This document shows positions 10,501 through 21,628 of a DNA stretch of 64,000 bases, piece after piece. How positions within the stretch are numbered: the first letter of the stretch is position 1; the number at the start of each line of letters is the position of its first letter. Both the position numbers and the translations under genes were made by a program. Source of the DNA: a virus; the IMG/VR virus record IMGVR_UViG_3300020220_003261; one strand, written 5' to 3'. Under the pieces are notes generated by a model. That model saw only the letters and a program-made list of their open reading frames with translations, did no database searches and had not been told where the DNA came from.

Positions 10501-11384
10501 ATGGTGGTATTAAATCATTTTTTAAAAATAATGGATTTAATACAATATTACCAAACAAATTAGATGGAAGAGTTTTAAACGGTGATATTTTACAATTGAT
10601 ATCTATAAATAATGAAACCGGTATTGAAGAATTTGATTTACAAAATAGAAATTATGCCGTTTATAGTCCACAGATTTTGGATGTAGAAAGTTATCCAACA
10701 TTGTTAGATGGTGGACCCATGCCGATAAATTTTGTTTTAGATGGGACGAGTAATGTAACGGGATCTGTGTTTGATGGTGAAGGTTTTAGAGTTAGAGCAT
10801 GTTTGAATGAGATAGGTAGATTGACTGAAGCATCACAAGACGTTCCTTTCTTTTTATGGGATAAAGGAGGAGATGGATTTGGTTCTGGTACAAATCATCA
10901 TTGGGATTATAATAACATAGAAGTTCAACCGCTACAAGGTATGACTAAGGAATATAAATATACTGGTGATTCTACACATAAGTATATTTTATTTCCGATG
11001 ACTAAATTATATAGTGGAAATACATTTACATACCCAAGTATTCAATTTAATGATATAATAGCGGATGTTGTGAGTACAAGTGCGGTTCATACAAACTATG
11101 ACATGCAAGAAGAGGGATTTAGTGTTTTAGAATGTGATGATGAAGATAACCCGACAACAGGAAATTTATATATTAGAACTGGTGATACAGCAAACTGGGC
11201 AACAATATCTTGGACAAATACAACAGATTTCCTTATAAAACCAACAACAACAAATTATAATGGAAATCAACAAATTTTATCAACACCATTTTTATTTTAT
11301 TTTGGATTGAGACCGGGCAAAACTGCGGTTGATAAATTTATGGAAAGATTCGGGCCGAAAGGTGCTTTTAAATCTGCTGAATAA
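7551..11384 (+). CDS. Large putative virion structural protein, 1277 aa
   Basis: N-terminal beta-sandwich-like segment (VVCGRISVNNGFGIPNARVSIF, TNDAGDFMIWGVP), many Cys, internal hydrophobic segment. Preceded by TATTTAT and lies in the baseplate block. Confidence 0.7.
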   Translation: MIQKHRIATNIGVDQKVIVELKQNYDLLEILSLKFSQKQTYTSLCSDYGVVCGRISVNNGFGIPNARVSIFIPLSDMDENDPVVSALYPYKSPTEKNDNGLRYNLLPERKQHGGHEPVGSFFDQSDVLNNESKLEVFEKYYSYTVKTNDAGDFMIWGVPIGPQILHVDIDLSDISCFSLRPDDFIRQGIGVDQFKNTYTFKSSTDLSTLPQIVSFDKSIEVFSFWGNVDLCEIGITRTDFDLSDEGVKVEPKAYLLGSVFSDQGNNSVNKNCTPKNTMGYKCNLTSDPAVIEVLRFTSKKDINNRPILELYEINEDVDDSGSFVLTLPMNMDYVYTNEFGENEITNDPNKGIPTSGCYRFRISTKNESVGRVRTTASYLVPNIREFENEIDKSYAWSTDWSDYPIGATNNSIIFYSENGRYYPKDYFYRLTYNKVYSVSSFMGSYFSSSGGGRDTFLGIKEISPKKEDDCEENVVTPPINFGIEKFTFAILIATILNIFERLIYYAFIAAVQILIIPFQALYNFRIRIRAFRVTIIDWRPFEFLDRAVIEPLQRFGTVRLGIAIYPDCETCDNLDYVNELPNTNEDPALLFTEIASGTAIPDNYMVTYGCAGYTDDDPSLTRLYFVIPGGTCSPASDVEPTFLASYNLTMLINEPSRFVVKFNNSQLYDTLVLNQEIINGITTHYFDDYVKCSYTNNRLNEPTEPITYKIYDKNSLLLGGSGGSGLQSELQGGCQQYVSVYRENIVSHSYCVVDPSISYNSLTTSNLVLGSSCPPDKINVGQVIRNVDANPCGTCGTKSGYSEFRFGLFTIIPAASTRNWGVNFDAITEYAIRKLVAKLFCEGYVNYSFIDNWLTGALYIFPFKSKVRWDNEEELDLNYRRTKYCDNLVYYKVGTINNPDKRFYYRSTKYISGKFNRSIKNTLGHPTTIVDLGPRDEFIKEICVDASVDPNCSIVRSIGPTSYQNFKELLGLYINYKLDYLGPDGGIKSFFKNNGFNTILPNKLDGRVLNGDILQLISINNETGIEEFDLQNRNYAVYSPQILDVESYPTLLDGGPMPINFVLDGTSNVTGSVFDGEGFRVRACLNEIGRLTEASQDVPFFLWDKGGDGFGSGTNHHWDYNNIEVQPLQGMTKEYKYTGDSTHKYILFPMTKLYSGNTFTYPSIQFNDIIADVVSTSAVHTNYDMQEEGFSVLECDDEDNPTTGNLYIRTGDTANWATISWTNTTDFLIKPTTTNYNGNQQILSTPFLFYFGLRPGKTAVDKFMERFGPKGAFKSAE

Positions 11385-13156
11385 TGGAAAAGAGAGAAAT
11401 ATTATTACCAAGTAAATTATTTAAAAAGGCAAATGATGCGGATTTAAATATAAGAGTTGGATTAGATGAATCTGAAGCGTTATTAAGGAATGGCGATAGA
11501 GACATTGTGCTAGATCTTGCAGAATTATTTAATAAAGAAAGACAAGATAGTAAAAATTATAAGATACATGGAAAAATAAAAATGGTTTTTAGAAACATGT
11601 ATAGTGGATCAACAACGTACCCGTATTTAGAAGAACGATTATATTTAAATGGTGACGGTAGTAATAATAATTTTGATGGATTTTTACCTTATAATGAATT
11701 TGCTTTTTTGAGAAATGATGTTGTAAGGGAAGTAACCTTACCGACATCCGTTAGTGGGTCTACTTTAGGAATATACACCCCAACTAGAATTATAACTGGA
11801 TCAACTGGTCACACAACAATAACAACAGCATCGGCACCATATCATAATTGGAACATTTATCTTTCTTATGCATACACTGGAATAACAAATTATCCCATGG
11901 TATATACATTATCGGGTTCACCAAAAACTGAATTTAGTAATATTGTTCATTTTACAAGTGGTGACGGAATACCATTTAGGTGTCAACAATCTGATAGATA
12001 TTATATTTTTACAAGCCCTGTTAAGCACGGAATGTCTGCTGGAGAGTTTATATCATTTTCAGGAACGTCTATTACCGGAAATGTTTCGGGAAGAACATAC
12101 ACAATTAATAGTGTCGGTAACGAAACATTTGATTCTGAAAATTATGTAATTAATATTTTGAAATCACAATTCAAAACGGGAACAACAATTAGTGGAATTT
12201 ACTTAGGTAAAAGGTGTTTAGATAAAAGAAATATCAGTGGTACCACTTCACAATATTATGTTCATAAATTAAAAACACTTAGAGAAACTAAAGATTATAT
12301 TTTAGATAAGATTGGGTTTGAAAGCCCAATATGGGAGGACGAAAAAAAATTATTGTTTGAAAATAGTGCCGGTACTAATGATGTATTAGTTGTAAGAAAT
12401 AGAATGGAATCTTTGATATATGATTTTAAAGAACCATTTGTTCTTTCTGGAATAACTAATAATTTAGGATTTACTCCTACCGATGTATATGTTTCAATTT
12501 TATTTAGGAATGGAAATGGTTATTTTATTAATCCACCAAAAGTTGGTTTCAAATTTAATCTTCATGATACGTGGATAGATGAACACTTTTCAGGAAATAC
12601 CTCGAATGAGTTATCAATGAGCGGTGTTACTATTTTTAGTGGTGCAACTGCAGGGTTTTCTTTTTCTGGTGGAACATCACTACAAACAGGAACAACACTT
12701 GTCGGGTCGTTTGTTGAATATAACAGAAAAGAATTAAAGGAGAGAATAATATCGGAATCAATACATAAAATTATTAATCCATTATCAATATTTGATTATG
12801 AACAAAATAATTCTTCAGTTTTTTCTGGTTCAACAACGGATAATCCGTTTGGTTTGATATATCAACCACATTATAGAGTCAAATTAAGAGAATTATCTCC
12901 ATATACTGAATTTTCAAATACAAACGAAATTTATAATTTACCTGAAAATACAAAATATGATAGTGAAGATAATGTGTGGAGATGGAGAGATCTTTATGAT
13001 CATGGTAATATTGATCCTGATGGATTTGGAACAGATTTTTCTTTTATTAATAATATTCACTACGTAAAAAGAGATATAAATTTCTATTTAAGAAATGAAG
13101 CATATTATATGAATAAGTTAGATGGCTTAGCCAAATTTAAATCTCCTAAATGTTAA
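11384..13156 (+). CDS. Putative virion structural protein, 590 aa
   Basis: Translationally coupled (TAATG), Ser/Gly/Thr-rich beta-type composition, baseplate operon context. Confidence 0.7.
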   Translation: MEKREILLPSKLFKKANDADLNIRVGLDESEALLRNGDRDIVLDLAELFNKERQDSKNYKIHGKIKMVFRNMYSGSTTYPYLEERLYLNGDGSNNNFDGFLPYNEFAFLRNDVVREVTLPTSVSGSTLGIYTPTRIITGSTGHTTITTASAPYHNWNIYLSYAYTGITNYPMVYTLSGSPKTEFSNIVHFTSGDGIPFRCQQSDRYYIFTSPVKHGMSAGEFISFSGTSITGNVSGRTYTINSVGNETFDSENYVINILKSQFKTGTTISGIYLGKRCLDKRNISGTTSQYYVHKLKTLRETKDYILDKIGFESPIWEDEKKLLFENSAGTNDVLVVRNRMESLIYDFKEPFVLSGITNNLGFTPTDVYVSILFRNGNGYFINPPKVGFKFNLHDTWIDEHFSGNTSNELSMSGVTIFSGATAGFSFSGGTSLQTGTTLVGSFVEYNRKELKERIISESIHKIINPLSIFDYEQNNSSVFSGSTTDNPFGLIYQPHYRVKLRELSPYTEFSNTNEIYNLPENTKYDSEDNVWRWRDLYDHGNIDPDGFGTDFSFINNIHYVKRDINFYLRNEAYYMNKLDGLAKFKSPKC

Positions 13157-15619
13157 ATGAAAATAAGAAGAAGTTCTGAAGATTTAAATTTTATTTTTAA
13201 TGGTGATACTTCATTCAAAGCAGACGCTGGATGGGAAGAAAATTTAAGAGACTTTGAAAAAGAAACTCTTACTTCAATTATTAATCCAGCTGAAAACTAT
13301 GAAACGGTAAGATATATTCATAAGGAATATAATTGTGGTAGTGGTATAACACAAAATGACATTTGGTTTTATTTTTATTTTTTAGATAACACAAATAATT
13401 ACACAAATGGATTAGACTATAGTTTAGTAGATATAACACCTAAAGAAAATGCACAAATGTTGGCGCAATCTACAAATAGTTTCTTTAGGTTAGAATTTTA
13501 TAAAACACCAAACAATACTCCACCTGATAGATCTAATAGAAAACTTGCTTTTGCTAAAAATCTTTCATTACCAAACGGTGAAAAATATTTTTATACAACT
13601 TTAAATGATTACATATTTGTTCCTGTATTCACTGGATCTAATTATAGAAACTCTGAAAACATGTATTTGTATTGGTTTCAGGATGATTCCGTTTTAGGTG
13701 ACACAACATTATCTGGTAACACATTTTGGATGACTGCTAGATTTTTTAATGCTAAAGATGGATCAATATCTAATTTTCATAATAGAGTATTAACACCAAA
13801 CCACGAATTTATTGAAGAAGAAGATTTTTATTATAGAGTAACATTTGATAAAAGTTTACACACTTATGAAATATGTTCATATAGTGGTAATACTTTATTT
13901 GGTCCATGTAATACTAATGATGTTAGAGGTAAAGTTTGTAACTCAGTCAATTTTTATCAAAGTTACACACCATCAACAACTACAATTCCACAAACAACGA
14001 GGACGCCCACACCAACAATTAGTGTAACCGCAACCCAAACAATTACACCAACACCAACTAGAACACCAACAAAAACGGCAACACAGACTCCTACACCAAC
14101 TCCAACAAGAACACCATTTTCTACCTTGACACCAACACCTTCAATTACTGCCTCTCCAACTACAACACCTACACCTACTCAAACATTAACGTCAACACCT
14201 ACGCCAACTCCAACTCCAACACCTACTCAAACATTAACACAAACAGTTACACCAACGCAAACACTTACACAGAGTGTAACGGCAACTTCTACGCCAACAC
14301 CAACACCTACGCAAACTGAAACAGCAACGCTAACTCCAACTCCAACACCAACGCAAACATTAACACAGAGTGTAACGGCAACTTCTACGCCAACTCCAAC
14401 ACCAACGCAAACACTTACACAGAGTGTAACGGCAACTTCTACGCCAACTCCAACACCTACGCAAACTGAAACACCTACACAAACACTTACACAGAGTGTA
14501 ACAGCAACGCCAACGCAAACTCCAACACCTACGCAAACTGAAACAGCAACGCTAACTCCAACTCCAACACCAACGCAAACACTTACACAGAGTGTAACGG
14601 CAACTTCTACGCCAACTCCAACACCTACGCAAACACTTACACAGAGTGTAACGGCAACTCCTACGCCAACTCCAACGCAAACACTTACACAGAGTGTAAC
14701 AGCAACGCCAACACCAACTCCAACACCTACTCAAACATTAACTCAAACAGTTACATCTACACCTACACCTACGCCAACGCAAACACTTACACAGAGTGTA
14801 ACAGCAACTTCTACGCCAACCCCAACGCCAACGCAAACATTAACACAGAGTGTAACGGCAACTTCTACGCCAACTCCAACGCAAACACTTACACAGAGTG
14901 TAACGTCAACTTCTACGCCAACCCCAACACCAACGCAAACATTAACTCAAACAGTTACATCTACACCTACACCTACACCAACGCAAACACTTACACAGAG
15001 TGTAACGGCAACTTCTACGCCAACACCAACACCTACGCAAACTGAAACACCAACGCAAACATTAACACAGAGTGTAACGGCAACTTCTACGCCAACTCCA
15101 ACGCCAACGCAAACATTAACACAGAGTGTAACGGCAACTTCTACGCCAACACCAACACCAACAAGAACTGTTACACCAACAAGAACTAATACGCCTACAC
15201 CAACACCAACAATAACTCCTACACCAACAAGAACTAATACGCCCACACCAACACCAACGCAAACATTAACTCCAACACAACCATGTAATTGTAAGTATCA
15301 TGACATATATGTAAATCAAAATGATATTGATGATTCTGATAATCAGGCAGTATACTTTGAATATTATGATTGTATAACTGGATTGCTTGAAACACAGACA
15401 AGAGGTGCAGCAGGAACGATTGAAGATGCATTCTGTCATAACATAAATGCGGGTAATACATCTGTATATTATATAAAGGACGGCAATAATGTGGCAGCTC
15501 AAAGTACCATAACAAATACATTTGTTGATTGTTGTCCCGGTTATTTTGATTGCGGATACGGATGTCAATATTATGAGGAAAATCCGGGATGTTCACCTTG
15601 TGATCCTTCTAGTCTCTAA
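13157..15619 (+). CDS. Putative virion protein with about 430 aa Pro/Thr mucin-like tandem repeat and Cys-rich C-terminal domain
   Basis: Globular N-terminus, then ([18 protein letters not shown])n, then a C-terminal domain with about 10 Cys. Confidence 0.8.
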   Translation: MKIRRSSEDLNFIFNGDTSFKADAGWEENLRDFEKETLTSIINPAENYETVRYIHKEYNCGSGITQNDIWFYFYFLDNTNNYTNGLDYSLVDITPKENAQMLAQSTNSFFRLEFYKTPNNTPPDRSNRKLAFAKNLSLPNGEKYFYTTLNDYIFVPVFTGSNYRNSENMYLYWFQDDSVLGDTTLSGNTFWMTARFFNAKDGSISNFHNRVLTPNHEFIEEEDFYYRVTFDKSLHTYEICSYSGNTLFGPCNTNDVRGKVCNSVNFYQSYTPSTTTIPQTTRTPTPTISVTATQTITPTPTRTPTKTATQTPTPTPTRTPFSTLTPTPSITASPTTTPTPTQTLTSTPTPTPTPTPTQTLTQTVTPTQTLTQSVTATSTPTPTPTQTETATLTPTPTPTQTLTQSVTATSTPTPTPTQTLTQSVTATSTPTPTPTQTETPTQTLTQSVTATPTQTPTPTQTETATLTPTPTPTQTLTQSVTATSTPTPTPTQTLTQSVTATPTPTPTQTLTQSVTATPTPTPTPTQTLTQTVTSTPTPTPTQTLTQSVTATSTPTPTPTQTLTQSVTATSTPTPTQTLTQSVTSTSTPTPTPTQTLTQTVTSTPTPTPTQTLTQSVTATSTPTPTPTQTETPTQTLTQSVTATSTPTPTPTQTLTQSVTATSTPTPTPTRTVTPTRTNTPTPTPTITPTPTRTNTPTPTPTQTLTPTQPCNCKYHDIYVNQNDIDDSDNQAVYFEYYDCITGLLETQTRGAAGTIEDAFCHNINAGNTSVYYIKDGNNVAAQSTITNTFVDCCPGYFDCGYGCQYYEENPGCSPCDPSSL
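13970..15278 (+). repeat. In-frame tandem repeat, unit about 48-66 nt ([18 protein letters not shown])
   Basis: Near-identical DNA units such as acgcaaacacttacacagagtgtaacggcaacttctacgccaactccaacacc recur many times. Confidence 0.95.
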
Positions 15620-15630
15620 AAATTAATATA

Positions 15631-16767
15631 ATGAAAAATAAATATGAAATATTAAAAAAAACTATTACAAGTGGTTCACTTATATCTGAAATCAGTCAAA
15701 ATTGGTATGATTCTTTCGGTCAAGTAATTCCTTGGTCTGGTAGTGTTTATATTGGACCTAATCAAAACGATATAATATATAACACAAATGTTACAGGATC
15801 TTTAATTGAAGGATATTATAAATGGACTGGAACAACATGGAATTTAATAACATCGGGTTCAGCATACGATAACTACAACATACCAATATTTTTGACTGCG
15901 ACAAATGATGAAATGGGTGTTATGGTTGGTTTTGATGGAGATATCGAACAAGTAGAACAACTTGTAAATTTTTCATATTCAGGTGTTACAGGAACTTCTA
16001 CCGTTACGATTTATAATACAGTTAACACAGATAGATTAAGAACAATAACAGAGGCGACATATACAATAAATTGGGGGGATAATTCAACAGCTAATTTATC
16101 GATATCACCAACAGGACCTTTATCATCAGAAACAAAAACCTATATTAATTCTGGTGAATATAAAATTTCTGTTACCATGAGCACACCATGGACAACCAAT
16201 AAAGTTGAAAAAATTATTAAGATTCCATTTGACGCAACAGTTACAAATCATTTAGGAACATTTACAGGAACAACTGTACCAGCGTATTCTAATATGACTG
16301 GACAAAGCTTAAATTATTTAAATGACTATGATTACACAAATGTCACAGGAACAACAACAGGGTTCACTTATTTAGCAATAGGTAACAGCAGTTTGTCTCA
16401 AAAATTAAAATATGGTCAAAATCCTAATTTGATAATATCTTACAGTGGAGTTACAACTGGAACAGATACTATAGGAAACTATACAGGATATACGATTGGT
16501 GATTTATATTATAAAGATTATCCCAATAAATATACTATGATTACAGGGACTACTGTGGGAATTACAAAAGAAGAGGTTTTTAACCGTGTCTTAACAAGAA
16601 ATGAACATTTTTTAGGTTTTGTTGATGAACCTGTAATTTTTTCAGATGTTTTTGTGGAAAGAGGAAAACAATCTGTAATGGAAAAGAATCTAAGATTAAT
16701 TGAAATAGATAGTATGGGAGAACTTAGTATATATGGAAATGGATTTTATAATATCAGAAAACAATAA
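15631..16767 (+). CDS. Putative virion structural protein with PKD-like segment
   Basis: YTINWGD...KTYINSGEYKISVT resembles a PKD/Ig motif. Structural operon context. Confidence 0.65.
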   Translation: MKNKYEILKKTITSGSLISEISQNWYDSFGQVIPWSGSVYIGPNQNDIIYNTNVTGSLIEGYYKWTGTTWNLITSGSAYDNYNIPIFLTATNDEMGVMVGFDGDIEQVEQLVNFSYSGVTGTSTVTIYNTVNTDRLRTITEATYTINWGDNSTANLSISPTGPLSSETKTYINSGEYKISVTMSTPWTTNKVEKIIKIPFDATVTNHLGTFTGTTVPAYSNMTGQSLNYLNDYDYTNVTGTTTGFTYLAIGNSSLSQKLKYGQNPNLIISYSGVTTGTDTIGNYTGYTIGDLYYKDYPNKYTMITGTTVGITKEEVFNRVLTRNEHFLGFVDEPVIFSDVFVERGKQSVMEKNLRLIEIDSMGELSIYGNGFYNIRKQ

Positions 16768-16791
16768 AAATTATATTTATTAATAAAAGTT

Positions 16792-17712
16792 ATGGCAGTT
16801 GGAAGTTATGGTATAGTTAGACCGGCGGACGTTTCTCCAAATGACGTTGAGATTCTCTTACATTACGTTTCAGGTAGAACTGCAAATTCTCCTGTTACCT
16901 TAACAAAATTAGACGCAGGAGACATCTTAAGTCCAATTATACACAATGAAGATACCACAGATGACACTACTCAACAAAACATAGAGATCATTGGTGGTCT
17001 ATATAATTTGAAATTAGAATCATCTAATTTTTCGGAGTTGGGTATATATACTGTTCACATCAGACCAAAACAAATTAGAACAACTATAACGGATTGTGGA
17101 ATATTGGCATCTTTACCATCAGTAAGGGGTGTTATAATTGATTTAACAAATGTTCCATCTGAAGATAGGAATAAATTTACACCACAAGGTTTAGTGGGGT
17201 ATAGAATAGAATATATAAATAAAACAACAAAACAAAAAATACCTAATTTCTATAGAATAGTAACATCTAGCTTTTATTGTGTCCCAATCCAATCGAATTT
17301 AACAAATTCAATACAAAGAGCAATTAGATATCAATATTCAGATACCGCAAGTAACTTAATGTTTTTAACCGTAACACCATCATCCGCACCAACAAATAGA
17401 CCAAATACAGTTCCATTTATAGGAGAACCTTCACAAAAAATTATTTTAACTAATACTTTTTTCAACCCAACAACTATTGAAATAGAAATGGTCGAACATG
17501 ATTCTTCAACATTGGCACACGCTCTTTACGGTAATCAAAGTAAGGCAATATCTTCTGGTATCTACACAATTTATGACAATAACAACAATATCTACAAACA
17601 ATACAATCTTTACGAAATCAAAGATGAACTTAACGAAACATTATATGAGATACGTGAAGAAAAAACAGATATTGATGAAACATTAAATTTAGAAGATATT
17701 ACTAACGTATAA
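16792..17712 (+). CDS. Putative virion structural protein, 306 aa
   Basis: Preceded by TATTTAT at 16774 and coupled to the next gene. Confidence 0.7.
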   Translation: MAVGSYGIVRPADVSPNDVEILLHYVSGRTANSPVTLTKLDAGDILSPIIHNEDTTDDTTQQNIEIIGGLYNLKLESSNFSELGIYTVHIRPKQIRTTITDCGILASLPSVRGVIIDLTNVPSEDRNKFTPQGLVGYRIEYINKTTKQKIPNFYRIVTSSFYCVPIQSNLTNSIQRAIRYQYSDTASNLMFLTVTPSSAPTNRPNTVPFIGEPSQKIILTNTFFNPTTIEIEMVEHDSSTLAHALYGNQSKAISSGIYTIYDNNNNIYKQYNLYEIKDELNETLYEIREEKTDIDETLNLEDITNV

Positions 17713-20700
17713 TGGCAAAGAGAAAAGTTCCAAGTCAGGCGGCTAGTGGTGAAGAAACATTTAGTGATAGTTTAGTCGGTAGACAAATTACCGATGGATC
17801 AAGCTCTTTGACTAATACTGTCTTTAGTATTGATAGAACATTACCAGAAAAAGATAGTAAAAAATTTCAAACATCGCCATTCTCGGATTTTTTTTCTTTA
17901 AATGATTTGAAAGAAGAAAAAGATACACCATCATTGTTATCCGCTGAAGAAAAGAAAAAAAATATAAAATTCAGAAATGGTAAAGATGATGCCTCTAGAT
18001 CTTTGTATGGGTCATTAAGAAGTAGAATTGGAAATTCAATACAAAAAATTATAAAAAAATTTCCGGCCGGTGTTTTAGTAGACGCGACAACACCTGTAAG
18101 AACAAGTAACAATACAGCAAAAAATATAACTTACAGTCCAATATTGAAATCAACACAACTTGAAATTGATGTTTCAATGTTGTATAACACGTTTGGAATT
18201 GTTTTTAAAAAACCATCATCACCTGAAAAGGTAAATAAAGAAAATCCATTAAGAGATTTTTTTTCTTCTTATACAAAATATGTAATTGAAATAAGTGGAT
18301 CAACATATAATTTGGTTGGATACACAGAACCAAATTCATCAAATACTATTACTTTAAATGTATCTGGACAACCATTTACAGGATCAACATATTCTGAATC
18401 TTTTTTGATAAGACCAAACAATGGTACAATTGAAGAGTTTCATAATGGTCTTGATGATTTAGAAGAATTATTATTAGATAGACAAAGTAATCCAAAATAC
18501 GAAGCAAAGTTTAAAGTCCCAAAAGATAGTTTTGACGGATCCTCAACTGATATTGTAACAGTAGAAATTAACTGGCCAATTTCAAAAGATAATTGGAATC
18601 CACAAATTGTAGGATTAGACTACGAAGAATATCTAACAAAAATAAATTCTTTAGCAGAAGAAATTGACAATTATAAATCTAATTTAATATTAAGATTTTT
18701 AACTTCAGGTCAGTTATTTGAATATGATACTTTAGAAAAAAAAGGTGAAACAATTTTTCAATTGTATGGTCAATCTTTTGATAAAGTAAAAAAATATATT
18801 GATAACATTGCTTTAATGAGAAATGTTACATATGACGGAATAAATAATTTACCAGATATTTTACTAAAAAATCTTGCAAACACTTTAGGTTTAGATACAG
18901 TCAATCTATTTGATGAAAATAATTTAGAACAATCATTATATACAAGACACCAATCTAATTATTCTGGTATTACTACATCTTTTAATGTTGTTGATGCCGA
19001 ATATGAATTTTATAGAAGATTACTTGTTAACCTTGCCTTTATCTATAAATCAAAGGGGACAAGAACAGCAATAGAATTTTTCTTAAAATTTTTAGGGGCA
19101 CCCGAACCATTAATTAAAATTGATGAATATGTTTATAAAGTAAAAACATTACCGAAAAGTAATGATATAGAAGATGACATTTATGATGCAATACAAGGTA
19201 ATAAAATATCTTTTGTTGTTACAGGATTTACAGGAACAACATATTCGTATTTAACAGGAACAACAAGATCTTCTATAACTTATAATAGAGACAACTATCC
19301 AGTAGATGAAGATAGTGGATTACCAAAATCAACAACTAACACATCTGAAGATACATTCTTTCAGAAAGGTGCTGGTTGGTATGATGTGACATTATCTCAC
19401 AGAGCACAAATGGTTTTAGATGAGGAAAATTCAATAACTACTGGTAGATCAAGGACTACTGTAACTAAAATTAAACCTTATACTTACGGAGAAGATTATT
19501 TTGACTTGTATAGAACATTGCCAGGATTAGATACAGGATATGAATTATTAGGAAATATTGATAATTTTAAAGGGTCCGTAGATAATACAGAATCTTTATT
19601 CACACTAAACAGAAAAAATTTAAGTGTATATCTATCTTCAGCACAATCATTAGATTACGATATATACAGAAAATCAAGAGAATTAGAAGTTGTTATTGGT
19701 TTATTACCAATACAAACGGGTTTTACATTTAGTGAATTCTTAGATAGTGTTTATAATCAAGTAATTCATAATTCCAATGTCATTAGATTTAAACCTAATT
19801 ACATTCAATTAGAAGATTTATATTCAAAATATTTGTCATTGACAGGTGTAACTCATTATGATTACTTACTAACAAATGAGTTTATAGAAAAAATGTCACC
19901 GTATTGGGTTCAGATATTGGAACAAATGGTACCGGCAACTACGTTGTGGACTGGTGGTAATTTAATTGAAAATGGAAGAATAAAAAGATCAAAATACAAA
20001 TACACAAAACCGTGTCAAGTATTGGAAATTATTGATGATTTATATCCCGATTTTGTGCAACTTATAGGAGATGAACAAAATGATGGTGAAGTTGGTATAG
20101 GTGATGATGACCCCGATAAAGATGGTGTATTAAGAATATATCCAGCTTTTGAAATTAACGGTGTTTTATATTCAGGTGAGACAAACAATTTAAATCATTT
20201 TGTTCAAATTTTAGGAACATCAACAGTTTCAGGAGTTAGTGCAAGGTTATATAACCCTTCACCACCTTATGTTGTTGATCCCGATTATTCAGAAATTAGA
20301 ACACAATGGTCGGCAAAAACGATAAATGTTATTAATTATATAAATGCTAACTCAACAATTTTTATTGATTTGAGTGGAACAAGTAGTACGTATACAGGTT
20401 ACACAAGTCAATCTGGAATTACTACAGGAACAACAATGGTTCCTTACTTTACTTACGAGTTTTTCACTAACGACGCCAACCAAGAAAAAATTAAATTTAT
20501 TTCATCTAAATATGGATTTAATAAATGCACTGTGGATAAATTCAATTTCAAATATGTAACAATCGAATATAGTTCACCACCGCCAACACCAACACCTACA
20601 AGAACTCCTACGCCTACACCAACACCAACAAGAACTGTTACACCAACAAGAACTCTTACGCCTACACCAACACCAACAAGAACTGTTACACCAACAAGAT

Positions 20701-21602
20701 CTCTGACACCCACACCTACACCAACTAAAACATTAACATCAACTGTACCTTCAACAGCAACACCAACACCTACGCAAACTGAAACAGCAACACTAAATCC
20801 AACTCCAACACCAACACCTACACCAACAACAACTGATCCTGCAACAACCCCTACACCCACAGCTACACCAACTCCAACACCAACACCTACACCACCAACA
20901 GAGTATTGTATTCAGTATACTATAAATTATGATGTTAGCCAACCTGCATCGTCTTGTGGAACTGGATTATATGATAGTGTGGATGAGATTACAGTAACCT
21001 TGTACGATAGTCCTGGAGGTTCTCCAATTAATGCTACAGAAAATATCACCATACAATTTAGTGGAAGTGAAATGATGGATTGTTCAGGATATCCTTTCAC
21101 TGTATACCCTGTATCTGTTGTAATTAATTCGGGATCATCAAGTGGTTTTTCAACATACACACAAAGTGGTTATAGAATATGTGAACAAGATTCACTTTGT
21201 AAGGCTTTCTCTATAAATGATTTAACAATATATAGTATTACACCTTCTTCATATGAGGTTTGTGTAATTCCGACATTAACTCCTACCCCTACGCCAACTC
21301 CAACACCTACACCGAGTTGTGTGTGTCATAGTATGACATATAATGATGGACAATTGCCGGGTGATTTATATGTAAGATACCGTTCTTGTGGTAGTGGAGT
21401 TGTAACGGAATTGATAAGTGAACTTTTAACAGATGATAATGGAGATGGAACATATACCGCACATATTTGTGTTGATGTGACCGGAAGTTATAATAATCCT
21501 ATTTGTGTTCAAGATGGTAATGAAGTATTATGTCCAAACGGTCTTTCATGGTCATCATCTTTACAAAACTGTAGTAGCCCATTTGATTGTAATGTAAGTT
21601 AA
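17712..21602 (+). CDS. Baseplate wedge protein (gp7 / P2 gpI-like core) with C-terminal Pro/Thr repeats and Cys-rich domains
   Basis: [10 protein letters not shown]...[19 protein letters not shown] is the gp7/tail-protein-I signature. PT tracts lie at about 20575-20897 and 21272-21313. Confidence 0.75.
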   Translation: MAKRKVPSQAASGEETFSDSLVGRQITDGSSSLTNTVFSIDRTLPEKDSKKFQTSPFSDFFSLNDLKEEKDTPSLLSAEEKKKNIKFRNGKDDASRSLYGSLRSRIGNSIQKIIKKFPAGVLVDATTPVRTSNNTAKNITYSPILKSTQLEIDVSMLYNTFGIVFKKPSSPEKVNKENPLRDFFSSYTKYVIEISGSTYNLVGYTEPNSSNTITLNVSGQPFTGSTYSESFLIRPNNGTIEEFHNGLDDLEELLLDRQSNPKYEAKFKVPKDSFDGSSTDIVTVEINWPISKDNWNPQIVGLDYEEYLTKINSLAEEIDNYKSNLILRFLTSGQLFEYDTLEKKGETIFQLYGQSFDKVKKYIDNIALMRNVTYDGINNLPDILLKNLANTLGLDTVNLFDENNLEQSLYTRHQSNYSGITTSFNVVDAEYEFYRRLLVNLAFIYKSKGTRTAIEFFLKFLGAPEPLIKIDEYVYKVKTLPKSNDIEDDIYDAIQGNKISFVVTGFTGTTYSYLTGTTRSSITYNRDNYPVDEDSGLPKSTTNTSEDTFFQKGAGWYDVTLSHRAQMVLDEENSITTGRSRTTVTKIKPYTYGEDYFDLYRTLPGLDTGYELLGNIDNFKGSVDNTESLFTLNRKNLSVYLSSAQSLDYDIYRKSRELEVVIGLLPIQTGFTFSEFLDSVYNQVIHNSNVIRFKPNYIQLEDLYSKYLSLTGVTHYDYLLTNEFIEKMSPYWVQILEQMVPATTLWTGGNLIENGRIKRSKYKYTKPCQVLEIIDDLYPDFVQLIGDEQNDGEVGIGDDDPDKDGVLRIYPAFEINGVLYSGETNNLNHFVQILGTSTVSGVSARLYNPSPPYVVDPDYSEIRTQWSAKTINVINYINANSTIFIDLSGTSSTYTGYTSQSGITTGTTMVPYFTYEFFTNDANQEKIKFISSKYGFNKCTVDKFNFKYVTIEYSSPPPTPTPTRTPTPTPTPTRTVTPTRTLTPTPTPTRTVTPTRSLTPTPTPTKTLTSTVPSTATPTPTQTETATLNPTPTPTPTPTTTDPATTPTPTATPTPTPTPTPPTEYCIQYTINYDVSQPASSCGTGLYDSVDEITVTLYDSPGGSPINATENITIQFSGSEMMDCSGYPFTVYPVSVVINSGSSSGFSTYTQSGYRICEQDSLCKAFSINDLTIYSITPSSYEVCVIPTLTPTPTPTPTPTPSCVCHSMTYNDGQLPGDLYVRYRSCGSGVVTELISELLTDDNGDGTYTAHICVDVTGSYNNPICVQDGNEVLCPNGLSWSSSLQNCSSPFDCNVS
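20575..20897 (+). repeat. In-frame Pro/Thr low-complexity repeat
   Basis: [26 protein letters not shown]... The [14 protein letters not shown] unit is also present at about 15150-15240. Confidence 0.93.
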
Positions 21603-21616
21603 AAATTAATTCAAAA

Positions 21617-21624
21617 TATTTATA
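21617..21624 (+). promoter_or_regulatory. TATTTATA putative late promoter
   Basis: Intergenic, 5 nt before ATG 21629. Confidence 0.55.
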
Positions 21625-21628
21625 ACAT

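Noticed and set aside
13970-15278. Regularly spaced DNA repeats resembling a CRISPR array
   Set aside because: The units are contiguous, in frame and multiples of 3, with no unique spacers, leader or cas genes. The PD-(D/E)xK gene at 25477 sits in a replication operon.
14552-20860. Antisense Val/Gly-rich ORFs (14947-15246, 20453-20860) and a Cys/Trp/Arg-rich ORF (14552-14734)
   Set aside because: They are reverse-complement read-outs of the Pro/Thr repeats.
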